From an uncultured cyanobacterium (GTDB lineage Bacteria > Cyanobacteriota > Cyanobacteriia > Cyanobacteriales > CAWUOF01): a DNA stretch of 64,000 nt. This document shows, in pieces, positions 31,064 through 41,501 of this stretch (within the stretch, counting starts at the first letter, position 1; every line of letters starts with the position of its first letter). The position numbers and the translations under genes were made by a program. The stretch is from contig CAVUSO010000001.1 of NCBI GenBank assembly GCA_963744145.1, positions 3,264,001 to 3,328,000 on the forward strand. The letters run 5' to 3'. The notes below the pieces were generated by a model, which saw nothing but the letters and a program-made list of their open reading frames with translations, ran no database searches and was not told the origin of the DNA.

Positions 31064-31948
31064 ATGAAAAAAATAGTTAAATCATCCTTTCGGATAATAA
31101 GCCTTATAGTTAAATCGTCCTTTCTTATAATAGGACTTGTTGTTAGTGTTTATCTAGGACTAGTCATTGTCTTCATGTTTTGGCCAAATCGACTAATGTT
31201 TTTTCCTTCTTCAGTTATCAAAGAAACACCTAGAAATATTAATCTTACTTATAAAGAGGTTTATATTCCTATTGGTAAACAAAAGCTAAATGCTTGGTGG
31301 ATTGAATCTCATAATCTCAACAGTCCTGTCCTATTATATTTGCATGGTAATGGTGGTAATATAGGAGACTATTCAATAGATAGTAAATTTTTTCATGATC
31401 TAGGAATATCTGTGTTATTTATTGATTATCGAGGTTATGGTCATAGTACTGGGGATTTTCCTACTGAAAAGAGTGTCTATGAAGATGCTGAAGTGGCTTG
31501 GAAGTATTTAGTAGAAGAGAGAAAAATTTCTGCTAAAAATATCTTTATCTATGGTTATTCTCTTGGTAGTGCAATTGCTATAGAGTTAGCCAAACAACAC
31601 CAAAACAATGCGGGACTTATTATTGAAAGTTCTTTTACTTCCATTAAAGAATTGATCGATTATTATCAAATTCCTTTGCCAAATACTAATTCAGTGCAAT
31701 ATTTTGATTCGATAACTAAAGTTAAATCTCTTCATATTCCCATTCTTTTTATACATGGAAGCGCTGATGAATTTATTCCCCCTTATATGAGTAACAAATT
31801 ATTTATGGCATCTTCTGGTCCTAAGTCTCTTCTCATAATCTCTGGTGCAACACATTCTAATGCCTTAGAAAAAGGAGGATCAATCTATCGCCAAGCTGTT
31901 TTTAACTTTATCAAAAACCGTCAAAATTTAAGGAGTTTAAAGAACTAA
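31064..31948 (+). CDS. Alpha/beta hydrolase (ABHD13/Bem46-like)
   Basis: LHGNGGN, DYRGYG, nucleophile GYSLG, IHGSADE, H in GATHSN. Confidence 0.9.
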   Translation: MKKIVKSSFRIISLIVKSSFLIIGLVVSVYLGLVIVFMFWPNRLMFFPSSVIKETPRNINLTYKEVYIPIGKQKLNAWWIESHNLNSPVLLYLHGNGGNIGDYSIDSKFFHDLGISVLFIDYRGYGHSTGDFPTEKSVYEDAEVAWKYLVEERKISAKNIFIYGYSLGSAIAIELAKQHQNNAGLIIESSFTSIKELIDYYQIPLPNTNSVQYFDSITKVKSLHIPILFIHGSADEFIPPYMSNKLFMASSGPKSLLIISGATHSNALEKGGSIYRQAVFNFIKNRQNLRSLKN

Positions 31949-32211
31949 GTTGATACCAATGGAATATAAGTATTTTAAATGAAAACAAATTTTGAAAAAT
32001 TCAACTTTGAAGAACGATTAAAATACATAAAAATATGGTTCAGCCCCCTAGTAAATGTCGGAGAAATAGCGGAGATGGATGCGGTTACATTCGTTTACAT
32101 CCCATCGTTAAAAAGCGATCGCTCATAACATCTTTTTTTTATTCTAGCATTGTTTTTTGAATTTGGTATAATTAACTCTGTTTTAGAATCAGGAGAAATA
32201 TTCATATAAAT

Positions 32212-32855
32212 TTACCAATCTTTGAGCAAGAGAGAACCTTTGTAAAGTAAGTAGAAAGCTGCCATAAAAATAATGTGGGACAAATCATTATAGTTAAAAT
32301 TTTCAGCAAATATAAAGTCACTTTGCTGAACACCAGCACCAATAAAAGAAACTAGAACTCCTAATATAATCCAAATGGCTGACTTGTCTTGACGACGATA
32401 GAAATTCCAGCATTGAAATATAAGTATCACAACCATTGCCGAGAGATAATCTGCAATAACATATTTGAAATCATCTTTGTTTGCTGATAAATAAAGATAG
32501 ATTAGTGATTTTATGCTGATGATAATAAATAACAATTTATGCCACCGATCATTTAAGGAATTAATGACAGTTGCTTGGAGCATTAATAAGCTGGATAAAC
32601 TGAGGAAATAAACTACAGGCATCCACAGAATTATGTTAGTGTTTTCATCAAAATAAAGAGTAAATCCATGACAAGTTCCTCCAAAAATTGCCGCTATTGC
32701 GATAGTAAGAAATGCTGCTGCCCAAAAGCAAATAGAAATTTGTTTCCGATCTTGATGAACACGAAATAACAAGACAGCAAAAATTAGGGTTTCTACTGCG
32801 ATTATATAGTCAGTAAGTCAGTAAGCATTGTCATAGGTTCTGTGATAGTAAGCAT
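32212..32855 (-). pseudogene. DUF6962-like membrane protein frameshifted by an 8-bp tandem duplication
   Basis: MLTITEPMTMLTDY start at 32855 rejoins ORF 32212-32772 if one TCAGTAAG (32810-32825) is removed; GGTCHG and NYNDLSH motifs. Confidence 0.75.
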
Positions 32856-33010
32856 AAGGAAATTCAATAATTTTTATTTATCACCACAAGTACGGGAGAG
32901 CCTTAGTTTTTTGGCGAAAAAGCTAACGACAGCATAAGTATTTGATCGGGATCTTGTAGTTTTTTACATATATTCTGAGATAGTTAGGGAATATGTAGGG
33001 TAATAAGCTG

Positions 33011-35083
33011 ATGTTCTTCAAGCAGCATTTTTGGGATTCTATTTACATCGTCAGTGCAGTGATGCTTCTGTATGCAGCTTGGATACTCTTTCGCTTGGTA
33101 ATTTTTCGCCCAGTGATTTCTCCAAAAACGGTGAGTGCAACAGACCGACAAAGAGCGCAAAATATTGTGAAAGAGTATGGGCATTCTGCTCTAGCGCGGA
33201 TAACACTATTAGAGGATAAGTCTTACTATTTCAGTCCTTCAGGACAGACAGTAATTGCCTACGTCCAAGCAGGTCGTGGGGTAATCGCCTTGGGAGATCC
33301 CATTGGCCCTCTCCCCGATCAAAGAGAATCCCTGATCGGCTTTCAGGAATTTTGTGCTAAGAACGGTTGGTTTCCTGCCTTTTACCAAACACTTCCCGAC
33401 TATCTGACACTATACCAATCTCTGGGTTTTCACACCATCAAAATTGGCGAAGACGCGATCGCAGATTTGCCTCAGTTCACTCTGAAGGGAAAATCTGGGC
33501 GTAATCTCCGTCCTGCCCTTAATAAGTTCAACAAGCAAGGCTACCGCATAGAGTACTATGCTCCCCCGATTTGTGATGACTTAATAGCTGAGTTGAAGTC
33601 CATTAGTGACGAATGGCTAGATTTAGTCGAGGGAGCAGAAAAAAAGTTTTCCATGGGCTGGTTTGACCGAGACTACTTGCGTGACTGTGAGATTGCAGTA
33701 ATGGAGGATGCTGTCGGAAACGCGGTTGCTTTTGCCAATATCATCCCTGAATACCAGAACAACGAAGCTACGATTGACTTGATCCGCCACCGTAGAAACA
33801 TTGAAAGTGGAATGATGGACTTTTTTTGGGTCTCAATGATTCAGGAATTCAAAGACCGCCATTATAATGGCTTTAACCTAGGTTTAGTGATATCAAACAT
33901 TGATGAAAATCCTAATGATCCTAGATTGAACAAGGGAATAATTCACTATTATAACAAGTTCCTAATCCAATTTTACAATTTTGAAGGATTGCGAGCCTAC
34001 AAGAAAAAATTTCATCCCGATTGGGAACCTCGCTATTTCGTTTATTCCCAAATAGCGGTATTGCCTCATGTGATTGCGACAATGGCATTTGCTCATGCTG
34101 ACACTGATAATCTCAGGCAAAACAAATTCATTACTCAATTTTTAGGTACTTTACTGAGGAATGGAATCAAGCAAATCTCTCGATTTCTCCCAAGTTTGTT
34201 TAGCATTGGGCTATTTGGTTTGTCAATTTGGACAATTACTAGCGAGTTGCACAAGTACAAGCTTCAAGATATTCTCATCGGCATTGCAACTATCCCTAGC
34301 TGGAAGTTGTTATTGGCAGTTGTTTTAACTATACTGAACTATGTTTTTCTCACAGGGTATGATGTTCTGGCAATTAAGTTGATCCCCTATCCACTACCCT
34401 ATCAAAAGGCTGCTTTAGTTGCTGTAATTAGTCATGCTATCGGCAATAGTGTTGGCTGTTCCTTGCTCAGCAGTAGTGCCATTCGCTTCCGTTTCTACAG
34501 TAATTGGGGCTTGCCATCTGGCAAAATTGCTCAAATAATCGTTTTTACTAACTTCAGTTTTTGGATTGGCTTATTAACGATGAGTGGAATCATGTTTGCG
34601 ATTGCCCCTCTCGATCTTCCATTTGTTAACGTACATTTACTAGGCTTGATTTGCCTCGCAGTTATTATTGTATATCTTATGCTCAGTAGCATTAAAAGTC
34701 GTTCTGTAAAGGTTGGAAGTTTGGTGATACCTCGGTTGCCACTAAGAATGACATTAGCTCAAATTTTTGTCTCTTCATGCGATTGGGCATTGGCAGCAGC
34801 AGTACTTTATGTTTTGCTACCCACAACTTCCGATTTCAACTATTTCATCTTGTGTGGCAGCTACCTGTTAGCTCAGTTTCTAGGAATAGTTAGCAACGTC
34901 CCAAGCGGATTAGGAGTATTTGAAACCGTGTTGCTTTTTTTGCTTTCGCCTCGCATTGCATCGGATCTGCTCATAGAAGTACTGTTATTATACCGAACAA
35001 TCTATTATTTCCTTCCACTGATAATTTCGTTACTCTTGCTAGCTGTTTATGAAATTAGAAATTTCATAAACAAAGGTCGTTGA
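33011..35083 (+). CDS. MprF-related protein: aminoacyl-PG synthase (DUF2156) domain followed by a flippase-like TM domain
   Basis: ALGDPIG, KIGEDA, EKKFSMGWF, IDLIRH, YNFEGLRAYKKKFHPDWEPRY; then GYDVLA...RFRFYSNWG...VPSGLGVFE...LYRTIYY. Confidence 0.88.
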   Translation: MFFKQHFWDSIYIVSAVMLLYAAWILFRLVIFRPVISPKTVSATDRQRAQNIVKEYGHSALARITLLEDKSYYFSPSGQTVIAYVQAGRGVIALGDPIGPLPDQRESLIGFQEFCAKNGWFPAFYQTLPDYLTLYQSLGFHTIKIGEDAIADLPQFTLKGKSGRNLRPALNKFNKQGYRIEYYAPPICDDLIAELKSISDEWLDLVEGAEKKFSMGWFDRDYLRDCEIAVMEDAVGNAVAFANIIPEYQNNEATIDLIRHRRNIESGMMDFFWVSMIQEFKDRHYNGFNLGLVISNIDENPNDPRLNKGIIHYYNKFLIQFYNFEGLRAYKKKFHPDWEPRYFVYSQIAVLPHVIATMAFAHADTDNLRQNKFITQFLGTLLRNGIKQISRFLPSLFSIGLFGLSIWTITSELHKYKLQDILIGIATIPSWKLLLAVVLTILNYVFLTGYDVLAIKLIPYPLPYQKAALVAVISHAIGNSVGCSLLSSSAIRFRFYSNWGLPSGKIAQIIVFTNFSFWIGLLTMSGIMFAIAPLDLPFVNVHLLGLICLAVIIVYLMLSSIKSRSVKVGSLVIPRLPLRMTLAQIFVSSCDWALAAAVLYVLLPTTSDFNYFILCGSYLLAQFLGIVSNVPSGLGVFETVLLFLLSPRIASDLLIEVLLLYRTIYYFLPLIISLLLLAVYEIRNFINKGR

Positions 35084-35315
35084 TTAAAATTTCATTTTAG
35101 CTGAATAGGTGCTAGCTCCGATAATTCTTATTTTAATTGCGTTCATGTAGTGTATTTTAATCAAACGGATGCAAAGCTTGAAAACGTTAGCTATAAATAA
35201 TTACAGCGATTGAATCCGTTTGGTTAGTTTTTTTATTTTAGCCGATTGTCCGAGTTCCACGCTACGCGATTACATAAGGTACACGCTAGTGAACGCAAAT
35301 AAAAGTTTCTGCTAT

Positions 35316-35900
35316 CTATAAGTCCTCAAAAAGCGCATCGACTCTAATCGCTATGTCCGGAAATGAAAGAGGTGAGATACTTTCACCACGTCTAAATTGT
35401 TTGATACTTTTATACCCATTAGCCCCTGGGTCGCGATACACCTCAACTAATTCAGCATTTAGATCTACAATCCAAAGTTCAATAATTCCTGCTTGACTGT
35501 AGAGGACTGACTTCACATTACGGTCATCGTCAATAGTGGTGTCTGCTACTTCAATCAATAAATATACGTCTTGGGGTTGTGGATGGGCTCCTCGATAGGA
35601 ACCCTTGCGACGTTTCAAAATTGATAGATCTGGCTGTGGCTCTAATTTTCCATTTAGCCTAATTGGGGCTTGCGATCGGATTTTGATCCGCTTACCCAAA
35701 GCATCAGAGAAAATTTCTGCCAAGCCATCAACACAACTTGCATGACGAGTCCCAATCGGTGCCATAAGAATAATATCCCCATCAATTAGTTCTGTCTTAC
35801 CATCCCCAAGCATCCCCAATTCACCCAGCTTGTAATATTCCTCTACCGTGAATTGCTTTCTTGTTGGTTTTGTTACTACTGCGGTCATCTTTCTCACCAT
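35316..35900 (-). CDS. Uma2 family endonuclease (close paralog of 29134-29712)
   Basis: Same motifs; long stretches of nucleotide identity with the 29-kb copy. Confidence 0.94.
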   Translation of the reverse strand: MVRKMTAVVTKPTRKQFTVEEYYKLGELGMLGDGKTELIDGDIILMAPIGTRHASCVDGLAEIFSDALGKRIKIRSQAPIRLNGKLEPQPDLSILKRRKGSYRGAHPQPQDVYLLIEVADTTIDDDRNVKSVLYSQAGIIELWIVDLNAELVEVYRDPGANGYKSIKQFRRGESISPLSFPDIAIRVDALFEDL

Positions 35901-36106
35901 CCCCTTTACTGACTAGCTCGGATAATTCTCATTTTAATTGCGTTCACTAGCTTGTACCTTATGTAATCATGTAGTCATTATATGACAATGGCAAAAACAC
36001 GCTCAACTGGAGCATGAAACACCTATTTTTTCGCTATCTGAGCGATCGGGAAAGCAAATATGAAATGCACCCTAATAAATAGCAATTTTATGGCTTATAT
36101 TTTAAT

Positions 36107-37735
36107 TTAATTTGGCTCTAAAATTGCCATTACTTTAACATCAAATTCTGCTTCAAATACCCCTTTTTTGTAATCCAAGCTCCACCGTTCTAAAGTACAT
36201 TCATCACCTAAACGAACTGGTTGCAATTTTAAATAAAGTTCTCTTGTATTGGGGCGATAATCACATTGAAATTTGGCAATAACACCTATTTGTCTGCGAT
36301 CCAATGCTACTGCTAATCGTAAGATTGCACTCAACTGAGAAACCATTTGTCGATCGGTTTTATTAGTTAAGTTGCGGTAGTTTTCATGTTTCTTTTTCGG
36401 GGGACTTTTGCGATGATAACGGGCTAAATTAGCAATAATTTCAATTTCCGTTTCTGTGTAACCAAGTAATTCACCATTACGAATTAGGTAATAAGAATGT
36501 TTATGGTGACAGGAATGGCTAATATGATGACCACAATTGTGTAAAATTGTCGCAGCCCATAAAAGTTCTCTTTCTGCTGAACCCCAATTATGTAAAATTC
36601 CCTGGAGTTGATCAAATAAACTTAAGGCAAAATTTGCTACTCGTTGAGAATAGGGAAGATTAACCTGATATTTCTGGGCAATTTTTAAGGTACTACGTTC
36701 GCGCACCGAACTTTGATATCGGAGTCGATCTTCAATTAAACCGTGAAAGAGCATCCAGTCAACGACTATACCTTCTCGTAAACTGCGCTCACACAAAGTT
36801 AAAGAATCCGCACCAAGCAAGATCATGGCTTCTTGTAAAATTAAAGCCCCAGGAATAATAATTTCCGATCGCTTGTCGGTCATTCCGGGAATCATCGCTC
36901 GTTCTGAGTAGGAAAGTTTCCGCAGACGATTGACTAATTCTTTTAATTCTTTCAGTGTCAATTGATATCCCGTGAAAGGATTGGGTACAATCCCAAATTT
37001 TTCGCGAGCTTGAATTGTAGCTAAAGTTTCGATCGTCCCGGAAGTACCGATTAAACGTGGTTTTTCTCCCGGATTGAGTTTACTGCGTAATTCCTCTACG
37101 GGTCTTTCCAGCATCCCCCGGATATATGCTTGGACATATTGAAATTCGGTGTTGCTAATTGGATCAGTGCGAATAAAGTCAGAAGTGAGACGAACTGCTC
37201 CAATTTTGGTGCTACTCAAAGAACGTGGATCACGACCATCCCCCAAAATTAATTCGGTGGAACCACCACCGATATCAATGATGATATGGGGTTGGTTGTT
37301 AAATTCCATCCCCGATAGTACACCCAAATAGATCCGTCTAGCTTCTTCTTGACCAGAAATTAAGTTAACATGAAGCTCTAATTCGGTGGCAATTTCTTGT
37401 AAAAAATCTCGTCCATTGGGAGCTTCCCGCACCGCACTGGTCGCGACTGCGACAATTTGTTCCACATTGAGACTTTTGGCAATTTCTTGGAAACGTCGCA
37501 TCGTCCCGATCGCACGTTTCATCACCTCTGGTTTTAATTCTCCAGTTTGCGGACAGCGATCGCCCAATCTGACGGTTTCTTTTTCTCTAGAAATAATTGT
37601 AAAGGAAGGTAGTTTCGGCTCAATCCGTACTATTACCATGTGAATAGAGTTTGTCCCCATATCAATGGCTGCGAGAATACGGTTTTTTTCATCTGATGCC
37701 ACAGAAATTTTTGTTAAAGGCACTGTATTGATCAT
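36107..37735 (-). CDS. ppx: Exopolyphosphatase Ppx/GppA
   Basis: AIDMGTNS, VATSAVREA, GQEEAR, DIGGGSTE, C-terminal HD-like domain. Confidence 0.95.
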   Translation of the reverse strand: MINTVPLTKISVASDEKNRILAAIDMGTNSIHMVIVRIEPKLPSFTIISREKETVRLGDRCPQTGELKPEVMKRAIGTMRRFQEIAKSLNVEQIVAVATSAVREAPNGRDFLQEIATELELHVNLISGQEEARRIYLGVLSGMEFNNQPHIIIDIGGGSTELILGDGRDPRSLSSTKIGAVRLTSDFIRTDPISNTEFQYVQAYIRGMLERPVEELRSKLNPGEKPRLIGTSGTIETLATIQAREKFGIVPNPFTGYQLTLKELKELVNRLRKLSYSERAMIPGMTDKRSEIIIPGALILQEAMILLGADSLTLCERSLREGIVVDWMLFHGLIEDRLRYQSSVRERSTLKIAQKYQVNLPYSQRVANFALSLFDQLQGILHNWGSAERELLWAATILHNCGHHISHSCHHKHSYYLIRNGELLGYTETEIEIIANLARYHRKSPPKKKHENYRNLTNKTDRQMVSQLSAILRLAVALDRRQIGVIAKFQCDYRPNTRELYLKLQPVRLGDECTLERWSLDYKKGVFEAEFDVKVMAILEPN

Positions 37736-37822
37736 TCCATTTATCTAGGATAAAACTCCCAGTGAAAACCTCAAGGATCAGGATATCTTAAAAATATAAT
37801 TTGTTGCTAAGTAGGGAGTTAT

Positions 37823-38710
37823 TTGATGTTAACTGAGTCTCAAGCACAGCCCGAACCAATTTGGTTAAAGATTATCCGTCTGTTGCGCTGGAATAAACCT
37901 GCTGGTCGTCTGATTTTGATGATCCCAGCTCTGTGGGCAGTTTTTTTAGCAGCTCGGGGAATACCTCCTTTACCTTTAGTTGGAGTCATTATTGTTGGGA
38001 CTCTCGCTACTAGTGCTTTAGGTTGTGTGGTGAATGACTTATGGGATCGGGATATTGATCCTGAAGTGGAACGAACTCGCTCCCGACCCCTAGCAGCAAG
38101 AACTTTGTCTATTCGGACTGGAATTGTGGTGGCTGTGGTTGCTTGTTTGTGTGCTGGGATTTTAGCTTTATATCTAAATCCCCTGACTTTTACCCTCTGT
38201 GTTGCAGCTGTACCTGTAATTATTCTTTATCCTTTAGCTAAAAGAGTGTTTCCGATCCCCCAATTGGTACTAGCGATCGCTTGGGGTTTTGGTGTATTAA
38301 TTAGTTGGAGTGCGGTAACAGCTAATTTAGGATTAGCAACCTGGTTACTTTGGGGAGCAACAGTTTTTTGGACTTTGGGATTTGATACGGTTTATGCAAT
38401 GAGCGATCGGGAAGATGATCACCGTCTGGGAATTAATTCTAGTGCTTTATTTTTTGGCGATCGCGCGGCTGAATTTGTAGGGATTTTCTTTGGGATTACT
38501 GCTGGTTTTCTAGGGATATTAGGTAATCTTTTAAATTTACATCTGTGGTTTTGGTTATCTTTATTAATTGCAGTAATTGCTTGGTTTTGGCAATATTTAA
38601 AACTCCGTCAAATCGATTTACCTAGACCATTTTACCATCAAATTTTTGCGGAAAATGTTTGGATTGGCTTTGTTTTGTTAGCCGGAATGATTTTTGGTAG
38701 TATTTGGTAA
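37823..38710 (+). CDS. ubiA: 4-hydroxybenzoate solanesyltransferase (UbiA/PlqA)
   Basis: NDLWDRDID..VERTRSRPLA and DTVYAMSDREDD motifs. Confidence 0.93.
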   Translation: MMLTESQAQPEPIWLKIIRLLRWNKPAGRLILMIPALWAVFLAARGIPPLPLVGVIIVGTLATSALGCVVNDLWDRDIDPEVERTRSRPLAARTLSIRTGIVVAVVACLCAGILALYLNPLTFTLCVAAVPVIILYPLAKRVFPIPQLVLAIAWGFGVLISWSAVTANLGLATWLLWGATVFWTLGFDTVYAMSDREDDHRLGINSSALFFGDRAAEFVGIFFGITAGFLGILGNLLNLHLWFWLSLLIAVIAWFWQYLKLRQIDLPRPFYHQIFAENVWIGFVLLAGMIFGSIW

Positions 38711-38720
38711 GCAGTAGAAG

Positions 38721-39203
38721 ATGAGAACAAAAATTATTGGCATTATGGGTCCTGGTGTCGGTGCTACTGCTCAAGACTGTGAAAATGCTTATCAACTTGG
38801 ACAACTGATTGCTCTAGCTGGTTGGGTATTATTAACTGGGGGTAGAAATGTCGGTGTGATGGATGCTGCTGCTCAAGGTGCCAAACAAGAAAATGGTTTG
38901 ACGATTGGCATTTTACCAACTGATGACCCCAATACTATTTCGATGGCTATCGATATCCCTATTATAACTAATATGGGTAATGCTCGTAATCAGATTAATG
39001 TGTTATCTTCTGATGTGGTGATTGCTTGTGGAATGGGAACTGGGACTGCTTCTGAAATTGCTCTAGCACTGAAAGCTGAGAAAAAAGTAATTTTGTTAAG
39101 TAATCATAAAGAAAGTAAAGTTTTCTTTCAAAATCTAGCCCCAACAAATATTTTGATTGCTGAAAGTCCCCAAATTGCGATTAATTTGATCAAAAATTTG
39201 TAG
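38721..39203 (+). CDS. TIGR00725 / LOG-like nucleotide-binding protein
   Basis: LLTGG..GVMDAA, IGILP, ARNQINV, GTASEI. Confidence 0.88.
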   Translation: MRTKIIGIMGPGVGATAQDCENAYQLGQLIALAGWVLLTGGRNVGVMDAAAQGAKQENGLTIGILPTDDPNTISMAIDIPIITNMGNARNQINVLSSDVVIACGMGTGTASEIALALKAEKKVILLSNHKESKVFFQNLAPTNILIAESPQIAINLIKNL

Positions 39204-39345
39204 TTATTTAAACAAATAAACATAAAAGTAAACAATGTGCAGCTAGGCAATTTTATTGGCGTAATTTTGGCGATCATCATTAACAGCTTGTTCAGTTATA
39301 ATTAAAGATAGAAAGTCTGGTAAATTATTACATCCCAGACTGGGG

Positions 39346-39864
39346 GTGTTTATGCACAGCCGTCCTAATTTTGCCCAATTAATTGCCACACTCGCTAAAG
39401 CTACTTGGATTACCACATTGACCCTCACATTAGGGGGATTAATTTCTATTGCTAAACCTGCGATCGGTGTACCAAATCTAGCTCTAGCAGAGAGTTCAGT
39501 TACAGATAAACAAATATCAGCCACGATCTATTTACTAGATCCACAAACTCTGGAACTTGTACCTCGTTTAGTCAGTTTACCCGCAGATAGTCCTGTTACT
39601 AGTGCTGTCAAACAGATTATGGCAGCTTATCATGGACAAGATATTGGGATCAAAGATTGTGAAGTGAAAGTCAATCCAAATACTCAGGAAGCAATTATTA
39701 ACTTTAAGCTTGATAATCCCCAGGGAGCAGATGCTTTTCACACTTTAAGTAGTGCTAATCAACTTGCTTTAATTGAATCTATGCGGGAGACCCTCTTAAA
39801 TCATCCCATTTACAATATTAAGAATGTGATTTTTACTGCTAACGATGTGCAGATAGAAATCTAG
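39346..39864 (+). CDS. Secreted GerMN-like hypothetical protein
   Basis: Signal/TM segment, LSSANQLALIESMRETL pattern. Confidence 0.6.
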   Translation: MFMHSRPNFAQLIATLAKATWITTLTLTLGGLISIAKPAIGVPNLALAESSVTDKQISATIYLLDPQTLELVPRLVSLPADSPVTSAVKQIMAAYHGQDIGIKDCEVKVNPNTQEAIINFKLDNPQGADAFHTLSSANQLALIESMRETLLNHPIYNIKNVIFTANDVQIEI

Positions 39865-39958
39865 AGATCTCGGTGCAAAAGCAGAAGAAGGGTGAAGCAT
39901 TCGGATATAATATTACTCGTTTGATCGCTCAATTGTCGCCCGAATGCTTCACCCCTAC
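39865..39958 (-). repeat. REP doublet (REPIN) copy without the nested insert
   Basis: GGGTGAAGCATTCGG...CCGAATGCTTCACCCCTAC. Confidence 0.85.
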
Positions 39959-39961
39959 AGG

Positions 39962-41068
39962 TTACTGGCAATAATTTTTGACAATTTCTAAAATTCGTTC
40001 GGAAGCGTGTCCATCTCCAAAGGGATTGGCAATAGTTGCCATTGTATTATATGCAGCAGCATTACTTAATAATTCTGACGCAGTTGCCAAAATTTGAGCG
40101 GGATTAGTGCCTACTAGTTTAGCAGTTCCTGCCGCGATCGCTTCTTGTCGTTCGGTGGTGTCACGTAACACTAAAACTGGTTTACCTAAACTGGGTGCTT
40201 CTTCTTGCAATCCCCCGGAATCAGTTAAAATTAAATAACATCGATCGATCGCTCCGACTAATTCACCATAATCAAGGGGTTCTGTTAAAAATACTCGCGG
40301 ATGTTTCAATAAAGATTCCTGTAAAGGATTTCTGACGGTGGGATTACGATGGAGAGGTAAGAGTAAAGCTGTATCGGGAAAAGCATCTAAAATTTGCTGA
40401 AAACCTTGGATAATTCCTTGAATTGGTTCTCCCCAATTTTCTCGACGATGGACAGTTGCTAAAATTGTCCGATATTTAGTCCAATCTAGTCCTGGTATAT
40501 GACATTCAGGTTTGTTTTTAGCGACTGATAATAAAGCATCAATCACTGTATTCCCAGTCTGATGAATTTTCCCAGTAGCTCCAAACCGTTGTAAATGTTC
40601 GACAGCTAAAGCGGTTGGGGCAAAATTTAATTGCGCTAGTTGGGTAACTAAACGTCGATTAGCTTCCTCTGGATAGGGATTAAATAAATCATCCGTTCGT
40701 AAACCAGCTTCAACGTGACCAATGGGAATTTTTTGGTAAAATGCAGCTAAAGCAGCAGCAAATGCTGTAGTTGTATCTCCTTGGACTAAGACAATTTGTG
40801 GTTGTAATTGTTTAAATAATTGTTCTAGTCCTGCTAAACTACGGCAGGTAATATCTGTTAAAGTTTGGTTAGCCTGCATAATCGCTAAATCGTGATCCGC
40901 AGTTAAATTGAACAGTTTCATTACTTGATCTACCATCTCTCGATGTTGACCAGTTAAGACAACTTGGGTATCAAAAGATGGAGATTGCTTGAAGATTTGA
41001 ATCACCGGGGCTAATTTAATTGCCTCGGGACGGGTTCCTAATATGATACAAACTCGAATGGGTGACAT
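39962..41068 (-). CDS. wecB: UDP-N-acetylglucosamine 2-epimerase
   Basis: GTRPEAIK, QGDTTT, HVEAGLR, HRRENWG, TDSGGLQEEAP. Confidence 0.96.
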   Translation of the reverse strand: MSPIRVCIILGTRPEAIKLAPVIQIFKQSPSFDTQVVLTGQHREMVDQVMKLFNLTADHDLAIMQANQTLTDITCRSLAGLEQLFKQLQPQIVLVQGDTTTAFAAALAAFYQKIPIGHVEAGLRTDDLFNPYPEEANRRLVTQLAQLNFAPTALAVEHLQRFGATGKIHQTGNTVIDALLSVAKNKPECHIPGLDWTKYRTILATVHRRENWGEPIQGIIQGFQQILDAFPDTALLLPLHRNPTVRNPLQESLLKHPRVFLTEPLDYGELVGAIDRCYLILTDSGGLQEEAPSLGKPVLVLRDTTERQEAIAAGTAKLVGTNPAQILATASELLSNAAAYNTMATIANPFGDGHASERILEIVKNYCQ

Positions 41069-41249
41069 TAATTTTCAAGAAAATTATAAAAATCTTTCCC
41101 TATTATAGGCGATCAGATGTATGGATTTTGTTAAGGATCGATTCAAGTCAGTTAAAGAAATTCAGGTAAAAGGCTAAGAATTTAAACAGTGATTTATCAC
41201 TATTCGAGCCGCTTTGTTGATAGCGTCCCTCATCTGTCTATTCCGTTTC

Positions 41250-41501
41250 TCAGTCATATTCATGCACCAAAATATCCTTGATTCCTGCAATTGATTTCCA
41301 AGGTAGATCAGGATAACATTCACGCCGATCGCTAGGAATTTTTTTAGCGGCTTCACCAATAATTTCTAATAATTTCACTACTGCTAAAGTTTTCTCTCTA
41401 TTTGATACAAAGGCATCAAAACTAACACCAATAACAAAAAGTTCAATTTCTGTAATAGCATCAAGGATATCTTGCAAAAATTCCTTGTAACTTCTTTTCA
41501 T
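41250..41501 (-). pseudogene. HEPN/DUF86 toxin, truncated after HEYD
   Basis: LEIIGEAAKKIP...PWKSIAG; the R-x4-H motif reads K-x4-H and the C-terminal helix is missing. Confidence 0.75.

Larger units (their letters stand above)
29077..36072. mobile_element. Putative 7-kb non-autonomous cargo element with short TIRs
   Basis: GGGTGCATCTCA (29077-29088) / TGAAATGCACCC (36061-36072); ATAAATAG present on both outer flanks. Confidence 0.55.
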
